Below, in pieces: positions 61,870 to 64,000 of a stretch of DNA of 64,000 bases. Below the pieces are notes generated by a model, which was not told where the DNA came from, searched no databases, and worked only from the letters and a program-made list of their open reading frames with translations. Source of the DNA: Vicugna vicugna (lineage: Eukaryota); contig MU058221.1 of the NCBI GenBank assembly GCA_013265495.1, positions 868,001 through 932,000 on the forward strand, in the 5' to 3' direction. The translations under genes were made by a program, and so were the position numbers. Within the stretch, counting starts at the first letter, position 1, and every line of letters starts with the position of its first letter.

Positions 61870-63745
61870 GAAGTGACCGTCAGCCCAAGTATAGTTGCTA
61901 TGCATTTGCCCCCCTTAAACCTTCTTGCCCACATGGACCCCCTTCCTTCCTGGTAACCACAAATCTAGTTCTTTTTATCCGTGATTTTGTTTTTGTTTTA
62001 TTTTGTTCGTTCATTTTTTTTTTAAATTCTACACATCAGTGAAATCATATAGTATCTATCTTTACTTATCTGACTTACTTCACTTAGCATAATACTTTTA
62101 AGGGCCATTCACGTTGTCACAAATGGCAGGATTTCATTCTTTTTGTGGTTGAGTAGTATTTTGTGTCTTCTTTATCCATTCATCCACTGAGGTACACTTC
62201 GGCTGCAAATAATGCTGTAGTTATTGTAGTTTTAGTTCCAGACAAAGTGTAGCATTATTCTAGTTCTGTGAAATACACCATTGGGATTTTCATAGGGATT
62301 ACACTGAATCTGTCGATTGCTTCGGAAAACACGGACATTTCAATGACATTAATTCTTTTGATTTAAGAATGTGAAATATCTTTGAACTTATTGGTGTCAT
62401 AATTTTCACCTCCTTGGTTAAGTTTATTCTTTTAATGCAATTACAAATGAAATTATTATTTATTAATTTCCCTTTCTGATAGTTCAATATCAGTGAATAG
62501 AAACACGACATATTTCTGTATATTGATTTTGTATATCATGTGACTTTACCAAATTCAGTATTAGTTCTAACAGTTTTTTTTGGTGGAGCCTTTGGGTTTT
62601 CCATACATGGTCTCATGTCATCTGCAAATGTTTTATTTCTTCCTTTTCCAATTTAGTTGATTTTTATTTCTTTATCTTGCTTAGTTGCTATGGCTAGGAC
62701 TTCCAATACTCTGCTGAATGAGAGTGACAAGAGTGAGCATTCTTCTCGTATTAACAAAGGCAAAGCTTTCAGCTTTTCATCATTGAGGGTGATGTCAGCT
62801 GTGGGCTCATCACATATGGACTTCAGTATGTTAAGGTATGTTCCCTGTATTACCATTTCATTGAGAGTTATTATCATAAATGGATGTTGAATTTTTCAAA
62901 TTCTTTTTTCACATCTATTTGAGATGATCATATGATTTTTAACCTTTTTTTTCTTTTTTTTTTTTTTTGCTAATGTGGTGCATTCCAATGATTGATTTGC
63001 AGACATTGAACCACTCTGCATCCATGGAGTAAATGCTACTTGCTTGTGATTGATTCTTTCACTGTACTGTTGGATGTTTTTTGTAAATATTTTGTTGCAA
63101 ATTTTTGCATCTGTGTTTATGAAAGATTTGGCCTGTAATCGTTTTGTGTGTGTGGTGTCTTTTTTTCTGGTTTTAGTATCAGGCTAATGTGGGCTTTGTA
63201 AAATTTGTTTGGAAAGTTTCCCTCCTCTTCAATTTTCTGGAAGAGTTTTAGAAGAATATGTATTAAATCTTCTTTGAATGTTTTGTAGAGTTTGCCAGTG
63301 AAGCCATCTGGTCTTAGGCTGTTATTTGTTGGGAAATTTTTGATTACTGTTTTAATCTCCTTACTAGTAATTGATACATTCAGATGTTCTATTTCTTCAT
63401 GATTCACTCTTGGAAGATTGTATGTTTCTAGGAATTTATTTTTTCTAAGTTGTTCAGTATGTTGGACTTTTTTTGTTTGTGGTATTTTCTTATGACCCTT
63501 TTTATTTTGGTGGAATTAGTTGTAGCTTCTCATCTTTCAGCTCTGATTTTATTGAGTCTTTTTTTTTCCCCCATTGGTTAATCTAGTTAAAGGTTTGTTG
63601 ATTTTGTTTATCTTTTCAAAGAACCAGCTCTTAGTTTCATTGATCTTCTCTATTTTGTAGTCTGTATTTTATCTATTCCTGCTCTGACATGTCTTATTTC
63701 TTTTCTTCTACTAATTTTGAGCTTAGTTTGTTGTTCAGATTTTTT
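61870..63745 (-). mobile_element. L1 (L1MA/MB-type) with internal deletions and ORF2 remnants
   Basis: 3' UTR motifs at 61.9-62.2 kb; ORF-track peptides 62653..62877 (GTYLNILKSICDEPTADITLNDEKLKALPL) and 63117..63407 (PDGFTGKLYKTFKEDLIHILLKLFQKIEEEG) are L1 ORF2 segments. Confidence 0.92.
63117..63407 (-). pseudogene. L1 ORF2 remnant (region just upstream of the reverse transcriptase core)
   Basis: EEIEHLN..ITSKEI..VIKN.P...PDGFTG..Y.TFKE.L..ILLKLFQ.IEEEG..P..FY.A.I.LI.KP.K...YRP; flanked by stops and frameshifts. Confidence 0.9.
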
Positions 63746-64000
63746 TTTTAATTTAGGAATCAGCCCTTGATTATCCCCACTATGCACTATACAGTTTACA
63801 GATATTATAATTATAAAAAATACTGGTCCTTTGCAAAACATCAAATTGTGGCATCCATGACATTTATACAAACAGCTCATATTAAACATGTTTCATGTCA
63901 GGTCTAGTGGATGCTCCAGTGAAATACATTTCAATGAAATATATTTTAGTAAAATAAGGGACAGAGAAGTGAATTCTTTTCCCACGACACACTTAAAGCT

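Noticed and set aside
62299..63889. Active reverse-transcriptase gene
   Set aside because: L1 ORF2 is fragmented by stops, frameshifts and internal deletions.

Overview
Mammalian nuclear DNA, most likely a camelid (alpaca or camel). The evidence is two tRNA-derived SINEs of the Vic-1 type, artiodactyl-style L1 3' ends, a Tigger1 deletion derivative and the usual eutherian MIR, L2, MER20, MER5A and MaLR background. I recognise no known protein-coding gene, RNA gene, CRISPR array or prokaryote-like system, and almost all ORF-track entries are chance or repeat-derived; the only recognisable protein fragments are L1 ORF2 remnants at 62.6-63.4 kb. The window reads as intronic, 5'-UTR or lncRNA territory. 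It has a CpG-island promoter at about 59.2-59.9 kb with splice donors on both strands, a chain of candidate minus-strand exons, and a probable second non-CpG promoter at about 4.4 kb. The most notable structures are: (1) three solo LTRs of one ERV1-class family with 4-bp TSDs, two of them forming a tail-to-tail inverted pair 496 bp apart; (2) a ~190-bp segment from that spacer duplicated 12 kb away inside an L2; (3) a phase-consistent three-exon plus-strand ORF starting MGQCVT, antisense to the 4.4-kb promoter; (4) local A/T-to-G/C skew in several repeats; (5) an orphan polyadenylated insertion. Repeat family names come from my recall of consensus sequences, and boundaries without TSDs are approximate.
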